This document shows, piece after piece, positions 1 through 9,416 of a stretch of 41,701 nucleotides of DNA. Every line of letters begins with the position of its first letter. The stretch's first letter is position 1. This DNA is from Verrucomicrobiales bacterium (GTDB lineage: Bacteria > Verrucomicrobiota > Verrucomicrobiia > Verrucomicrobiales > SLCJ01): contig JBJTQJ010000091.1 of the NCBI GenBank assembly GCA_046075565.1, positions 1 through 41,701 on the forward strand, written 5' to 3'. The notes under the pieces were generated by a model, which saw only the letters and a list, made by a program, of their open reading frames with translations, did not search any database and was not told the DNA's origin. The position numbers were made by a program, and so were the translations under genes.

Positions 1-235
1 GCCTGATTTTGCACGGAATTCTGCAGTTTCCCCCTTTCCAGCACCGTGCAAACAACCGCAGCCCGGATTGCCCACCGAAGCACGGGAAACTTCGCTGTTT
101 CCCGCAATTTTCCCGGCTAACTGGCGTAATAATCGGACCGGAGTTGTCCCACCCCCTGGTATTTCTCGCGGTGCCGGGCAATTTCCCAGCATTCGAACCT
201 TTTTAACCAAATAGATCGTCTCCATCTCCCTCGCC

Positions 236-2641
236 ATGTCTTCTTCTTCTCCCGTTGCCCAAACCTTCTCCCTCCCCGTGCCCGAGCGAGGATTTGTCAG
301 TCTGAAACCAGCCGAAAATTGGGAACAAGGCCTCATCACGGCCAATGGCAGCCTGGCCATCAATGCCCTGAGCGACCCGCACAACGAGAGGATTATCTTC
401 AATCACGAACGGCTCTTCATGCCGATGGGCGCGCCCCACGTGCCGCCGGACCAGTCGGCACACCTTCCGGAAATCCGCCGCTTGGTCGAAGAAGGCAAAT
501 ACAAGGAAGCAGAAATCCTCCAGTTCAAACTCTCCGGGCAGCAGAGCTTCATGTATCCGGACTTCTACGTCCCGGCCTTCGATTTGGCCGTGCAAAGTCC
601 GACCGCCGGAGAAACGCTGAATTATGCGCGTTCGGTGGATTTCCAGACTGCCGAGGCGGTGGTGCATTGGGAAAATGACCACGGCACCTTCGAGCGCCGG
701 ATGTTCGTTTCGCGGGCCGATGGGGTGGCTGTGATCAAGCTCACCGCCTCCACACCGGGGAGCTTGACGGTCAGGCTGCGAATCGAGCCTCGTCAACCGA
801 GCGAAGAGTTTAACAAAGACAGTGACATTCTCAAGACGTCCGATGAAAGCTTCAGGCAACACTTCGGCGATCTCCGCAGCACTTCCGGGGAAGATTGGCT
901 CGGCTTCGAAGCCAGGTTCCTCAAAAACTACCCTGGCAGCATCGAGTCGCTGGAAGGCCGGGCGAGGGTGATTCGCCAGGGAGGAAAAGCCGAAGCGAGC
1001 GAAGATGGTTCGCTGCTCATTTCAGATGCTGACAGCGTCCTGCTTCTGGTGGACGTCCGGCTGCAGGGCGGGAAGTTCGCGACGACCAATGTCGATCTCA
1101 ATGTCATCACGCCGGACTACGCGCTTCTGCTCGCCCGACATGCCGGATTACATGGGGAATTGTTCAATCGGGTGAAACTCGATCTGGGCGGCGGCGAGGA
1201 TCACAAACGACCGACCGAGCAACTCATGGCTGAATCGACTTTCGATGAGATGAATATCGCCTGGCTGGAAAAGCAATTCGACGCCGGACGCTACAATATC
1301 ATCTGCTCGACGGGCGAATTCCCACCGAACCTGCAAGGTGTCTGGGGAGGAACCTATGTGCCCGGCTGGGCCAGCGACTATACCCACAATGGGAACGTGC
1401 CCTCGGCCATCGCCGCCAACCTCATGGGCAACCTGCCGGAGCTGATGCTACCCTACGTCAGCTACATCGAGTCGATCGTGCCCGACATCGAGTTGAACGC
1501 GCGCAACTATTATGGATGTCGGGGGGTTGTCCTCCCGTCGCGCACCTCGACGAATGGCTACAACAATGCCTTGTGCGAAAGTTTTGCCGGTGCGATGTGG
1601 ACCGCCGGAGCACCCTGGGCTGCGCATTTCTTTTACGACTACTATCTTCACACCGGTGACGAGAAGTTCCTCGCCGAGCGTGCCCTGCCCTTCATGGAAA
1701 AGGTCGGGCTATTCTTCGAGGATTTCGTTTACGAGGGTGCGGATGGAAAATACATCTTCTCCCCCGCGCAATCACCGGAGAACTGGCCGGCCGGGTCCGA
1801 CTCCCAAACCACCTTCAATGCCACGATGGACATTGCGGCGGTGAAAGAACTCCTCGCCAATCTCATCACCGCCTCGCGCAAACTCGGGAAGAATGCCGAG
1901 AAGATTTCCGTGTGGGAAAAGATGCTCGACAAAGTGCCGGATTACGCGATCGCAGAGAATGGCATCATCAAGGAATGGCTCACGCCGAAACTCGGCAACA
2001 ACGACGCCCACCGGCACTCCTCCCAGCTCTATCCGCTTTACGACGATCTGCCGGAGGAAATCGACCGGAGTCCCGAACTGCGATCTGCTTTTATCAAGAG
2101 CGTGGAAGACAAACTCGAGCGTTACTGGAAGGATAACGAACGCGGCTTCATGTCGTTCGGCATCGTGCAACTCGGTCAGGTATCCTCCAGCCTCGGCCAC
2201 GGGGAAATTGCCCACCACTGCCTCAAACATCTGGCTTACGGGTTCTGGTTGAACAACCTCGCCTCCATGCACAACCGGCGCGCGCTTTTCAACATGGACA
2301 TCAGCGGAGGACAACCCGCAGTCATCATGAAAATGCTTGCCGATTCGTTCCCCGGAAAAGTCCGGCTCTTGCCAGCATTGCCGCAAGCCTGGCCGACCGG
2401 CTCCATCGAAGGAATGTCCTGCCGGGGCAGCATCATCCTCAATCGACTCCACTGGAATAGAGACACGGTGGAGGCGGAAATGACCTCGGCCAAAGAACAA
2501 ACAATCACCGTCGTGCTGCCGCGATCCATCGCTTCGGTCGATGGTGATGTGGCGCGGGTCGCGCCAGCGGCCAATGCCAACGAACGCGCCGTCTCGCTCC
2601 CGGCTGGCGCGAGTGTGAAGTTGGTTTTCCAATTGAAGTGA
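236..2641 (+). CDS. Glycoside hydrolase family 95 (alpha-1,2-L-fucosidase-like)
   Basis: 801 aa. GH95 motifs: N-terminal NGSLA..ERIIFNHE, PPNLQGVW, SDYTHNGN, SPEN (catalytic Glu region), HRHSSQLY, FNMDISGG, LLPALP..WPTGSIEG. No obvious signal peptide. Confidence 0.88.
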   Translation: MSSSSPVAQTFSLPVPERGFVSLKPAENWEQGLITANGSLAINALSDPHNERIIFNHERLFMPMGAPHVPPDQSAHLPEIRRLVEEGKYKEAEILQFKLSGQQSFMYPDFYVPAFDLAVQSPTAGETLNYARSVDFQTAEAVVHWENDHGTFERRMFVSRADGVAVIKLTASTPGSLTVRLRIEPRQPSEEFNKDSDILKTSDESFRQHFGDLRSTSGEDWLGFEARFLKNYPGSIESLEGRARVIRQGGKAEASEDGSLLISDADSVLLLVDVRLQGGKFATTNVDLNVITPDYALLLARHAGLHGELFNRVKLDLGGGEDHKRPTEQLMAESTFDEMNIAWLEKQFDAGRYNIICSTGEFPPNLQGVWGGTYVPGWASDYTHNGNVPSAIAANLMGNLPELMLPYVSYIESIVPDIELNARNYYGCRGVVLPSRTSTNGYNNALCESFAGAMWTAGAPWAAHFFYDYYLHTGDEKFLAERALPFMEKVGLFFEDFVYEGADGKYIFSPAQSPENWPAGSDSQTTFNATMDIAAVKELLANLITASRKLGKNAEKISVWEKMLDKVPDYAIAENGIIKEWLTPKLGNNDAHRHSSQLYPLYDDLPEEIDRSPELRSAFIKSVEDKLERYWKDNERGFMSFGIVQLGQVSSSLGHGEIAHHCLKHLAYGFWLNNLASMHNRRALFNMDISGGQPAVIMKMLADSFPGKVRLLPALPQAWPTGSIEGMSCRGSIILNRLHWNRDTVEAEMTSAKEQTITVVLPRSIASVDGDVARVAPAANANERAVSLPAGASVKLVFQLK

Positions 2642-2668
2642 TTCGATAACTCCCAACCCTATTCCGTC

Positions 2669-4060
2669 ATGACTTCCACCCGTTCTTCCATGCGCCGCCG
2701 GAGATTCCTCACGGCGACCACCGCACTGGCTGCTTCCACCGTGTTTCCGCGTTTCTCCATCGGCAAGCCGGGGAAATCCGCCAATGGAAAACTGAATATC
2801 GCCTTCATTGGATCCGGCGGATGGATTGCCCGACAGCCGTATGAACAAGGCTGCAAGGATGAAAACCTCGTGGCCTTCTGCGATGTGGATCGGGAGCTTT
2901 GCGCGGAGAACATGAAAAACTGGCAGACCAACCGGCCATTTTTCGACGACTTCCGCGTCATGCTCGACAAGATGCACAAGGAAATCGATGCGGTGGTGGT
3001 TTCGACGCCCGATCATACCCACTTCGCGGCCACACTCATGGCCATGGAACGGGGAATCCATGTCTACACCCAGAAACCGCTCGCCCACAACATCTGGCAA
3101 TGCCGGACGCTGGTGAAGGCGAAAGGAAAATACAAGGTGGTCACGCAGATGGGTAACCAGGGGCACGCCGGTGATGGCATCCGCGATTCCGTCGAAGCCG
3201 TGCGCGCGGGAGTGATTGGCGATGTGAAACAAGTCTTCTGCCGCAATGATGGTCCGAATTTCCAAAGCGAACATTTCGCCAATCCGGATTCCATGCCACG
3301 CCCGGCCATGGCCATTCCCGATGGCCTGGCGTGGGATCTCTGGATCGGGCCGGCCGCGAAAAGAGATTTCCACATGGACTACATTCGCAAGAAGTGGCGG
3401 ACCTTCTATGATTTCGGTCTCGGCATGCTCGGCGACTTCGGATGCCATACCTTCGACACCCCGGTGTGGGCGCTCGACCTCGATCCACCCACTGTCGTGG
3501 AATGCCTGCAACGAGATAAATCACTCGACGGCGTGATTCCCGCCTCAAGTCACATCCGCTACCATTTCCCAGCGAAGGGTCAGCGTGGTCCCGTGACCCT
3601 CGATTGGTTCGATGGTCCGCAGGACTGGACCAAAGTCGGGCGTATCGACCAGTTCGGGGCGGAAAATGCCGCGCATCTCGGCCGCGCCTGCTGGATGGTT
3701 GGCAGCAAGGGCATGCTCGGCTGCGGCACCCATGCCGGGGCACCGCTCATCCTGCCGAATGAACTGCGCTCGAATTGGAAAGACAGTCCCCCGCCGAAGA
3801 GCATTGCCCGCGTGGCCGGTGGTCCGTTCCGCGAATGGATGCAGGCCATCAAAGGCGAAGGACCGGAACCCGGTTCCAGTTTCCCCGTCGCGGCCAATCT
3901 TACCGAGATCATTCTTCTCGGGGTGATTGCCCAGCGATTCAACACGAAGATCGAATGGGACGCCGCCAACGGCCGCATCACCAACCACCCCGAGTTGAAC
4001 GCCTATGTGAAGGAACCCACCCGCGAGGGCTGGGGCATGGGCGAGGACCTCTGGAAGTAA
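2669..4060 (+). CDS. Tat-exported Gfo/Idh/MocA family NAD-dependent oxidoreductase
   Basis: Twin-arginine signal RRRRFLTATTALAAS; Rossmann IAFIGSGG; STPDHTH; YTQKPLA; QMGNQGH; WDLWIGPA; GMLGDFGCH. Confidence 0.92.
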   Translation: MTSTRSSMRRRRFLTATTALAASTVFPRFSIGKPGKSANGKLNIAFIGSGGWIARQPYEQGCKDENLVAFCDVDRELCAENMKNWQTNRPFFDDFRVMLDKMHKEIDAVVVSTPDHTHFAATLMAMERGIHVYTQKPLAHNIWQCRTLVKAKGKYKVVTQMGNQGHAGDGIRDSVEAVRAGVIGDVKQVFCRNDGPNFQSEHFANPDSMPRPAMAIPDGLAWDLWIGPAAKRDFHMDYIRKKWRTFYDFGLGMLGDFGCHTFDTPVWALDLDPPTVVECLQRDKSLDGVIPASSHIRYHFPAKGQRGPVTLDWFDGPQDWTKVGRIDQFGAENAAHLGRACWMVGSKGMLGCGTHAGAPLILPNELRSNWKDSPPPKSIARVAGGPFREWMQAIKGEGPEPGSSFPVAANLTEIILLGVIAQRFNTKIEWDAANGRITNHPELNAYVKEPTREGWGMGEDLWK

Positions 4061-4061
4061 G

Positions 4062-4120
4062 AGTTTTCCCGCACCGCGAGGGCGATCCGCCGCCCGAAAA
4101 GCTCGGGCAAAAGGAAAACT
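4062..4120. terminator. Hairpin between the convergent oxidoreductase and tRNA-Arg, a likely terminator
   Basis: GCCCGA-AAAGC-TCGGGC stem at 4092-4108, nested in an outer inverted repeat AGTTTTCC...GGAAAACT. Confidence 0.5.
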
Positions 4121-4194
4121 GGTGCACCCACCAAGAATCGAACTTGGACCTGCGGCTCCGGAGGCCGCCGTTCTATCCGTTGAACTATGGGTGC
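4120..4194 (-). tRNA. tRNA-Arg (anticodon CCG)
   Basis: Reverse complement reads GCACCCATAGTTCAACGGATAGAACGGCGGCCTCCGGAGCCGCAGGTCCAAGTTCGATTCTTGGTGGGTGCACCA: acceptor stem GCACCCA/TGGGTGC, anticodon loop CTCCGGA, T-loop GTTCGAT, encoded CCA. Confidence 0.97.
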
Positions 4195-4210
4195 GGATGA
4201 GCGAACCGTA

Positions 4211-4239
4211 ACTATGTGCCGCTTCAGCCTTCCGCGCAA
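4211..4239 (-). promoter_or_regulatory. Sigma70-like promoter of tRNA-Arg
   Basis: TTGCGC-17 nt-CATAGT on the minus strand, 16 nt upstream of the tRNA 5' end. Confidence 0.55.
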
Positions 4240-4346
4240 CATGGAAGTGGTCGGAGGTGAACTCGTGCATCCTGACGGTTCAAACCTTGCCCGTGGGCTC
4301 GGAATTCTCGATCCGGGCACCTTGTCGATGATTCCGGAAATTATTC

Positions 4347-4455
4347 GGAGCCACGACAATCCTGTCGTGGTAGCGCTGGTGAAAACAATGGCAAAGCCGC
4401 TCGGAGCGGCGCACCGGCTTGCCCTTCGTTGCCACTACAGGATTGTGGTGGATCC
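4347..4455. repeat. REPIN-like element: two inverted palindromic REP units around a spacer
   Basis: GGAGCCACGACAATCCTGTCGTGG (4347-4370) and its inverted copy at 4432-4455 (21/24 match). The first unit is a perfect 8-bp hairpin and the second an imperfect one. Central hairpin GCCGCTC-G-GAGCGGC. Confidence 0.65.
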
Positions 4456-4565
4456 AAACCATCTAACGCTCAAACACCTGGGCAGAGACAAACAAGCATG
4501 CTATTTTTTCCCGCATTCGCCGGTTTCAGCAAGATCCGAAATCTTCCTTCCGTTTCCCCTTCCCC

Positions 4566-5399
4566 ATGCGCCCCCTGATCCTCTCACTGCTCGTTCCAGC
4601 CATACTTGTCGTATCCTGCACCCTCGCCGATCCCGGTGCCGGTGGCCCTCAAGCGCCCGCCATGGCGGCTGCCCCGGGGCTCAGCGCGCAGCAGAAAGAA
4701 AAAATCGGCCGCCGCATCTGGCAGAACGAATGCGCCGGGACCATCGATGGCCTGACCACGTGGAATGACGGGGAAAATTTCCCCTCGATGGGCATCGGAC
4801 ACACGATTTGGTATCCGGCGGGGATCAACGAACGTTTCCAGGAGACCTTCCCGCAGCTCGTGCGATACATGATGGACCACGGGGTGCGTGTCCCGCCGTG
4901 GGTGGTTCCGCCGGCGGATTGTCCGTGGCCGAACAAAAAGGCCTTCCTTGCCGATTTCCAGTCGCCGAAGATGAAAGAGCTACGGGCGTGGCTCTCCTCG
5001 ACCATTTCCGTGCAAACCGACTACCTCATCGGCCGCCAACAGGCCGCCCTTCCGAAAATGCTGGCGGCGTGTTCGCCCGCCGATCAGGCACGGGTGAGGG
5101 CCCAATTTGCCGCCCTTTCCGCAACACCGGAGGGGATGTTCTGCCTGATTGACTATGTGAATTTCAAAGGCGAGGGCATCCGGCCTGAGGAACGCTACAA
5201 CGGCCACGGCTGGGGGCTTCTGCAGGTATTGCAGGAAATGCGCGGCCAACCCCGCGGACAGGCGGCTGTGAAGGAATTCTCGCTTTCCTCCGACCGTGTG
5301 CTGGCCCGCCGCATCGCCAACTCGCCCCCCGCCCGCGGGGAAGAACGCTGGCGCGCCGGTTGGCACAACCGCTGCATGCGCTACCAGCAGGCGCTGTGA
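4566..5399 (+). CDS. Conserved hypothetical lipoprotein, possible lysozyme-superfamily muramidase
   Basis: Lipobox LVVS-C18. NEC..(x)..SMGIGH resembles the T4-lysozyme/GH24 active-site hairpin. C-terminal RWRAGWHNR resembles the GH108 PG-binding tail. CDS is confident; function is inferred. Confidence 0.8.
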   Translation: MRPLILSLLVPAILVVSCTLADPGAGGPQAPAMAAAPGLSAQQKEKIGRRIWQNECAGTIDGLTTWNDGENFPSMGIGHTIWYPAGINERFQETFPQLVRYMMDHGVRVPPWVVPPADCPWPNKKAFLADFQSPKMKELRAWLSSTISVQTDYLIGRQQAALPKMLAACSPADQARVRAQFAALSATPEGMFCLIDYVNFKGEGIRPEERYNGHGWGLLQVLQEMRGQPRGQAAVKEFSLSSDRVLARRIANSPPARGEERWRAGWHNRCMRYQQAL

Positions 5400-5445
5400 G
5401 TTTCCGCTGGATTTCCCCGGCATCGGGGGGCAGTATATTCGTCAA

Positions 5446-6357
5446 ATGAAGGGATTCTTCACATTCGCCATCGTGGTCGCGCTCGGGTTCATGGGTTACA
5501 TCGCCTATCCATCAGCGGTTGACTATTTCCGCAACCAAAACTGGATGCCACCCGCACCGGCGAAGCCCGCCGAGACCACCAAGACTACGGAAGCCGACAA
5601 ACCGTCGGTCAGCCCCGCTCCGGCGCCAATCCCGTCTCCTGCGCCCTCTCCAGCCCCAGCCCCGGCTCCTCTTTCCGCCACCGATGCCGAACTGGAACGC
5701 CTTGTGCCCATGCCCAGTATCAAGTCCCTCGAGCAAATCACCTCGAACTGGACGAGTGTCCCGCAAAACGCCTATCCGCCGCAGGTCACTCTCAAAGCCG
5801 ATGCCGTTTTCCAACTTCCGCAGGGCAATACCATGAGCCTTTCCGCGGGAAAAAACGCGGTGCCGGTTTCGCTGGGTGCCGATGGGCAACTTGCCGTTAC
5901 CCTGCGTGCCGGCAGCGAGTTGCGGGCCGCTTTGCCCGTTGACCAAACCGACTTCAAGGAACTGGTGACGAAACGTTACGAGGAAGGAGTGGCCCGGATC
6001 AAGGAAGGCGTCCAGGCACGCCGCGAAGCGGAGCGCGCGAGATTTGCCACCGCCGCGACCACCAGCGACACGGTCAAAGCCGAAGCCGGAGAAGTGCCGA
6101 AAGATGCCAGTGACGAAGAGAAATATTTGGCCATCATGAAGCAGAGCGTGGCCAACGGCGAACTCAAGGACGTGACCACCGACAAAGTGAAAAGCTGGCG
6201 ATGGATTGGCTACGAGGAAATCGGTGGAACCGGATATTGGACCGGCGCCGCCATCATTTCGAAAGAAACCTATTTTGGCGAGTTCGAAACGGAAGCCAAG
6301 GCCCTCATCCGCCAGGGCAAGGTTGAGAAGTGGACCCTGCCCGGGGTTCAGGAATGA
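5446..6357 (+). CDS. Hypothetical membrane-anchored protein with Pro-rich linker
   Basis: Start re-called at ATG 5446 (MKGFFTFAIVVALGFMGYIAYP, one N-terminal TM). PAPAPIPSPAPSPAPAPAP linker followed by a globular domain. Confidence 0.8.
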   Translation: MKGFFTFAIVVALGFMGYIAYPSAVDYFRNQNWMPPAPAKPAETTKTTEADKPSVSPAPAPIPSPAPSPAPAPAPLSATDAELERLVPMPSIKSLEQITSNWTSVPQNAYPPQVTLKADAVFQLPQGNTMSLSAGKNAVPVSLGADGQLAVTLRAGSELRAALPVDQTDFKELVTKRYEEGVARIKEGVQARREAERARFATAATTSDTVKAEAGEVPKDASDEEKYLAIMKQSVANGELKDVTTDKVKSWRWIGYEEIGGTGYWTGAAIISKETYFGEFETEAKALIRQGKVEKWTLPGVQE

Positions 6358-6366
6358 TTTGGATCG

Positions 6367-8406
6367 ATGCGCGTGATGCTCCGACTGCACCACGTCTTGA
6401 TTCTCGCGCTCGCTCTTCCGGCGGGATTTGCTTGCCGTCGTGCGCCCGAACAAAGTCCACAGCCGGATCCCCAATCCACGGTCTCCACTCCGGCGGTTCC
6501 TTCGCCATCCGCGCCGTCGGGTCCGACCGACTCGGGCCACGAAGCACCTCCCCCGCCCGAACCGGGCCTGCCTCCGCCGAATTTCAACCATTGGGGCCTG
6601 CGTTGGTCGGAAAAAGAATCCCGCTTCCGCGTGCATGCTCCCATCGTCAAATCGATGGAGGTCTGGATTTATGATGGTGCCCGTTCTCCGGATCCGACGG
6701 CGCGCCATCCAATGACCGCGACCCGTGACGGTTCGTTTGAAGTCAGCGTGGCGGGCAATCTGGCCGGGAAGTTTTACCGCTACCATGTGATCTATTCATC
6801 CGGGCATAGCACCGAAGTGGTCGATCCCTTCGCCACCCATCTCGTGGCGAGTGGCACCCGCGCCCTGATCGCGGAACCCGGCACTACTCATCCAGCCGGC
6901 TGGGTGACCAAACCCCGCGTTCAGGCCCCGACATCACCTCTTGATGCCATCATCTACGAGGCCCATCTGCGCGACCTCACCATCCATTCGTCTTCCGGGG
7001 TCAAGAACAAAGGCGGTTATCTCGGATGGACCGAAGCCTCCACCACCCTCGATGGCAAACCCGGCGCTCCGCCCACCGCGCTGGCCTACATGAAACAACT
7101 TGGTGTCACCCATGTGCACTTGCTACCGGTGATGGACTTCGAGAACGACGAGGCGAAACAGGATTACAACTGGGGATACATGACGGAGGGCTGGTTCTCA
7201 CCGGAGGGCATGTATGCCACGGATCCGGATGATGCCTCGCGGGTATTGGAGTTCAAACAACTCATCTTGGCCCTCCATCAGGAAGGCATCGGATTGATCA
7301 TGGATGTGGTCTTCAACCATGCCGCACACCGCAGCCCTCTCCAGGCTCTCGGCGGGGACAAGTTTTTCCGCACCTGGCCCGATGGTTCGTGGTGTAACGG
7401 TTCGCATTGCGGCAATGATCTCCGCACGGAAAACCCGTGGGTGCGCGAGTTCATCATCCAGTCCTGTGAGCACTGGGTGCGGGAATACGATGTGGACGGC
7501 TTCCGTTTCGATCTCATGGGCCTCATCGATGCCGAAACGATGCGGCAAGTGGCACAACGGGTTCGCTCGATCAAGCCCGGGATCATCCTCTACGGTGAAC
7601 CATGGGCGTCGGGAGCCACGGCGATGAATGGAATCGCGGCGGACAAGAACGGCCTCCGCACCATCCAAGGGATCGCCGCCTTCAATGATGACATTCGGAA
7701 TTCCCTCAAAGGAATGCCCAAGGGCAAGGAACCGGGATTCATCATGGATGGATCGCGCAAGGAGGAACTGTTCCGTGGCATTGCCGGACAAGAGAACTGG
7801 GGATTCGGCTCGCCGGACCGGATGATCAACTACATGACCGCCCATGATGATATGGTGCTCAACGATAAACTCGTGCTCTCCTTGCCCGGGATATCGATTT
7901 CCGAACGGCGCGCCCGGGTGATGCAGGGTTACCTCGTGCTCCTCACTTCCCAGGGTGTTCCCTTTCTCCATGCCGGTTGCGAATTCCTGCGCACGAAGAG
8001 AGGCAACGACAACAGCTACAATGCCGGCGATCCCATCAATGCCATCGACTGGAATCTGCTCGTGGAAAATGATCTAACCCATCGCTGGACGCGTGCACTT
8101 ATCAGCCTGAGAAAGGAGCATCCGTTGTTCCGCCTCCGCGACCACGAGAGTATTCGCTCGCGGTTGCGTTTCCATCACATGGAAAAGCCCGGCGTGCTGA
8201 TGTTCACCATCAACGGGGAAGGCCTCGAAAATGAATCATGGAAAGAAGCCATGGTGGTGGTCAACACCTCCGCCGACACCACCCTTGAACTCGACCTGCC
8301 AGCGGGTCAATGGACGGTGCGGCTCGATTCCCGACGCGAAACAACCGGAAGTATCGAAGGCCGCACCAAGGTTCCGCCGTTAGCGGCGTGGCTGGCGTTC
8401 CGTTGA
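6367..8406 (+). CDS. pulA: Type I pullulanase (GH13), predicted lipoprotein
   Basis: Lipobox AGFA-C, Pro-rich tether, CBM48-like region, IIYEAHLRDLT, LGVTHVHLLPV, YNWGY, MDVVFNH, DGFRFDLMG, YGEPW, NYMTAHDD, NSYNAGD. Confidence 0.9.
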   Translation: MRVMLRLHHVLILALALPAGFACRRAPEQSPQPDPQSTVSTPAVPSPSAPSGPTDSGHEAPPPPEPGLPPPNFNHWGLRWSEKESRFRVHAPIVKSMEVWIYDGARSPDPTARHPMTATRDGSFEVSVAGNLAGKFYRYHVIYSSGHSTEVVDPFATHLVASGTRALIAEPGTTHPAGWVTKPRVQAPTSPLDAIIYEAHLRDLTIHSSSGVKNKGGYLGWTEASTTLDGKPGAPPTALAYMKQLGVTHVHLLPVMDFENDEAKQDYNWGYMTEGWFSPEGMYATDPDDASRVLEFKQLILALHQEGIGLIMDVVFNHAAHRSPLQALGGDKFFRTWPDGSWCNGSHCGNDLRTENPWVREFIIQSCEHWVREYDVDGFRFDLMGLIDAETMRQVAQRVRSIKPGIILYGEPWASGATAMNGIAADKNGLRTIQGIAAFNDDIRNSLKGMPKGKEPGFIMDGSRKEELFRGIAGQENWGFGSPDRMINYMTAHDDMVLNDKLVLSLPGISISERRARVMQGYLVLLTSQGVPFLHAGCEFLRTKRGNDNSYNAGDPINAIDWNLLVENDLTHRWTRALISLRKEHPLFRLRDHESIRSRLRFHHMEKPGVLMFTINGEGLENESWKEAMVVVNTSADTTLELDLPAGQWTVRLDSRRETTGSIEGRTKVPPLAAWLAFR

Positions 8407-8464
8407 GTGTATCGCGGCCTCGAATCTGTTCGGAAGAATTGCCGCTGAACTCCGGAACTCCGAG

Positions 8465-9352
8465 TCAAGGATTGAACATCGGCCGCATGGTAGCCAAGGA
8501 GACGCAGTCCTTGAAGACCATCTGAACCGTCCCTGCCGCTGCCGCCTGGGGAGTTTTTTCCGCGCCACGAGGCACGCCGGTCGTCGCTGTAAGGGTGCTG
8601 GACACCATGCCCACCACTTCACCATTCGCGTTGAGGACCGGTCCACCTGAACTGCCCACGGCATAGTCGGCGGTCACGCTCATCCATATCGCTTTGGCAT
8701 TTTTCGATTTGGCTTGGCTGTGGAAACGCGAGACCACACCTTCGGAGAGACAATAGAAACGACCTTTGGGGTGACTGATGATGGAAATCTCTTCGCCAAC
8801 TTTGCCTTCGGCGGCCATGCGCAAGTAGGGCAGCTTTTTGCCCAGCGTATCGACGCGGAATACGGCAGCATCGCCGGCCTCGTTTGCCGCGAGGATTTCC
8901 TTAAGAGGAAAGACCGAGCCATCGACGGTCATCACGCCGAGGGTGTTGTTATCTTCTTTCTGGAGCACATGGTGATTGGTGACAATCAATCCATCGGAGG
9001 AGAGAATCCAGCCCGTGGCGAAAGCTCCCAAGTGCCAGTCGTTGCACTTGCCGCATTTATACACCGAACCGATGGCGACGACGGCGGGCAGGCACTTCTC
9101 GTAAACCGTGCCTTCGCTTTCCAGGGAACAAGGTTGGGCGGCTTCAGGCAGAGGAATCTTTTTGTCCACGACCGTTTTCAGCAACTCACCGGCCTTTTTG
9201 CCGCTGATCGAATGCCCTTCATCCACCATGGCACCGAGTTTGTGGGCGAAATCCTTGGAGAGAGCAGCATCATCAATGACAAAGTCGTCGGCCTGGACCG
9301 CCCCCCCGAAAAGGAAAGCGGCAGCGAGAAAGCGGGAAAAGATTGGTTTCAT
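8465..9352 (-). CDS. Secreted trypsin-like (S1) serine protease without PDZ domain
   Basis: Signal peptide ending AVQA. Catalytic triad motifs IVTNHHV, GDAAVF, GSSGGPVLNANGEVVGM. Confidence 0.88.
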   Translation of the reverse strand: MKPIFSRFLAAAFLFGGAVQADDFVIDDAALSKDFAHKLGAMVDEGHSISGKKAGELLKTVVDKKIPLPEAAQPCSLESEGTVYEKCLPAVVAIGSVYKCGKCNDWHLGAFATGWILSSDGLIVTNHHVLQKEDNNTLGVMTVDGSVFPLKEILAANEAGDAAVFRVDTLGKKLPYLRMAAEGKVGEEISIISHPKGRFYCLSEGVVSRFHSQAKSKNAKAIWMSVTADYAVGSSGGPVLNANGEVVGMVSSTLTATTGVPRGAEKTPQAAAAGTVQMVFKDCVSLATMRPMFNP

Positions 9353-9416
9353 GTTGAGAGTATAGCGTCGTCCGGGGGAAAAAGCTTGGGAAAGATTTTT
9401 TGGACCCGTGAGTATT

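Noticed and set aside
4120-4194. tRNA-Arg as the attachment site of an integrated island
   Set aside because: No integrase nearby and no duplicated tRNA 3' end seen in the window.
4187-4768. 193-aa plus-strand ORF
   Set aside because: It overlaps the tRNA, its promoter, the REPIN and the next real gene, and has no protein motifs.
5605-5670. Short C-rich tandem repeats
   Set aside because: They encode the Pro/Ala linker of the 5446 protein. They are not CRISPR or a contingency locus.
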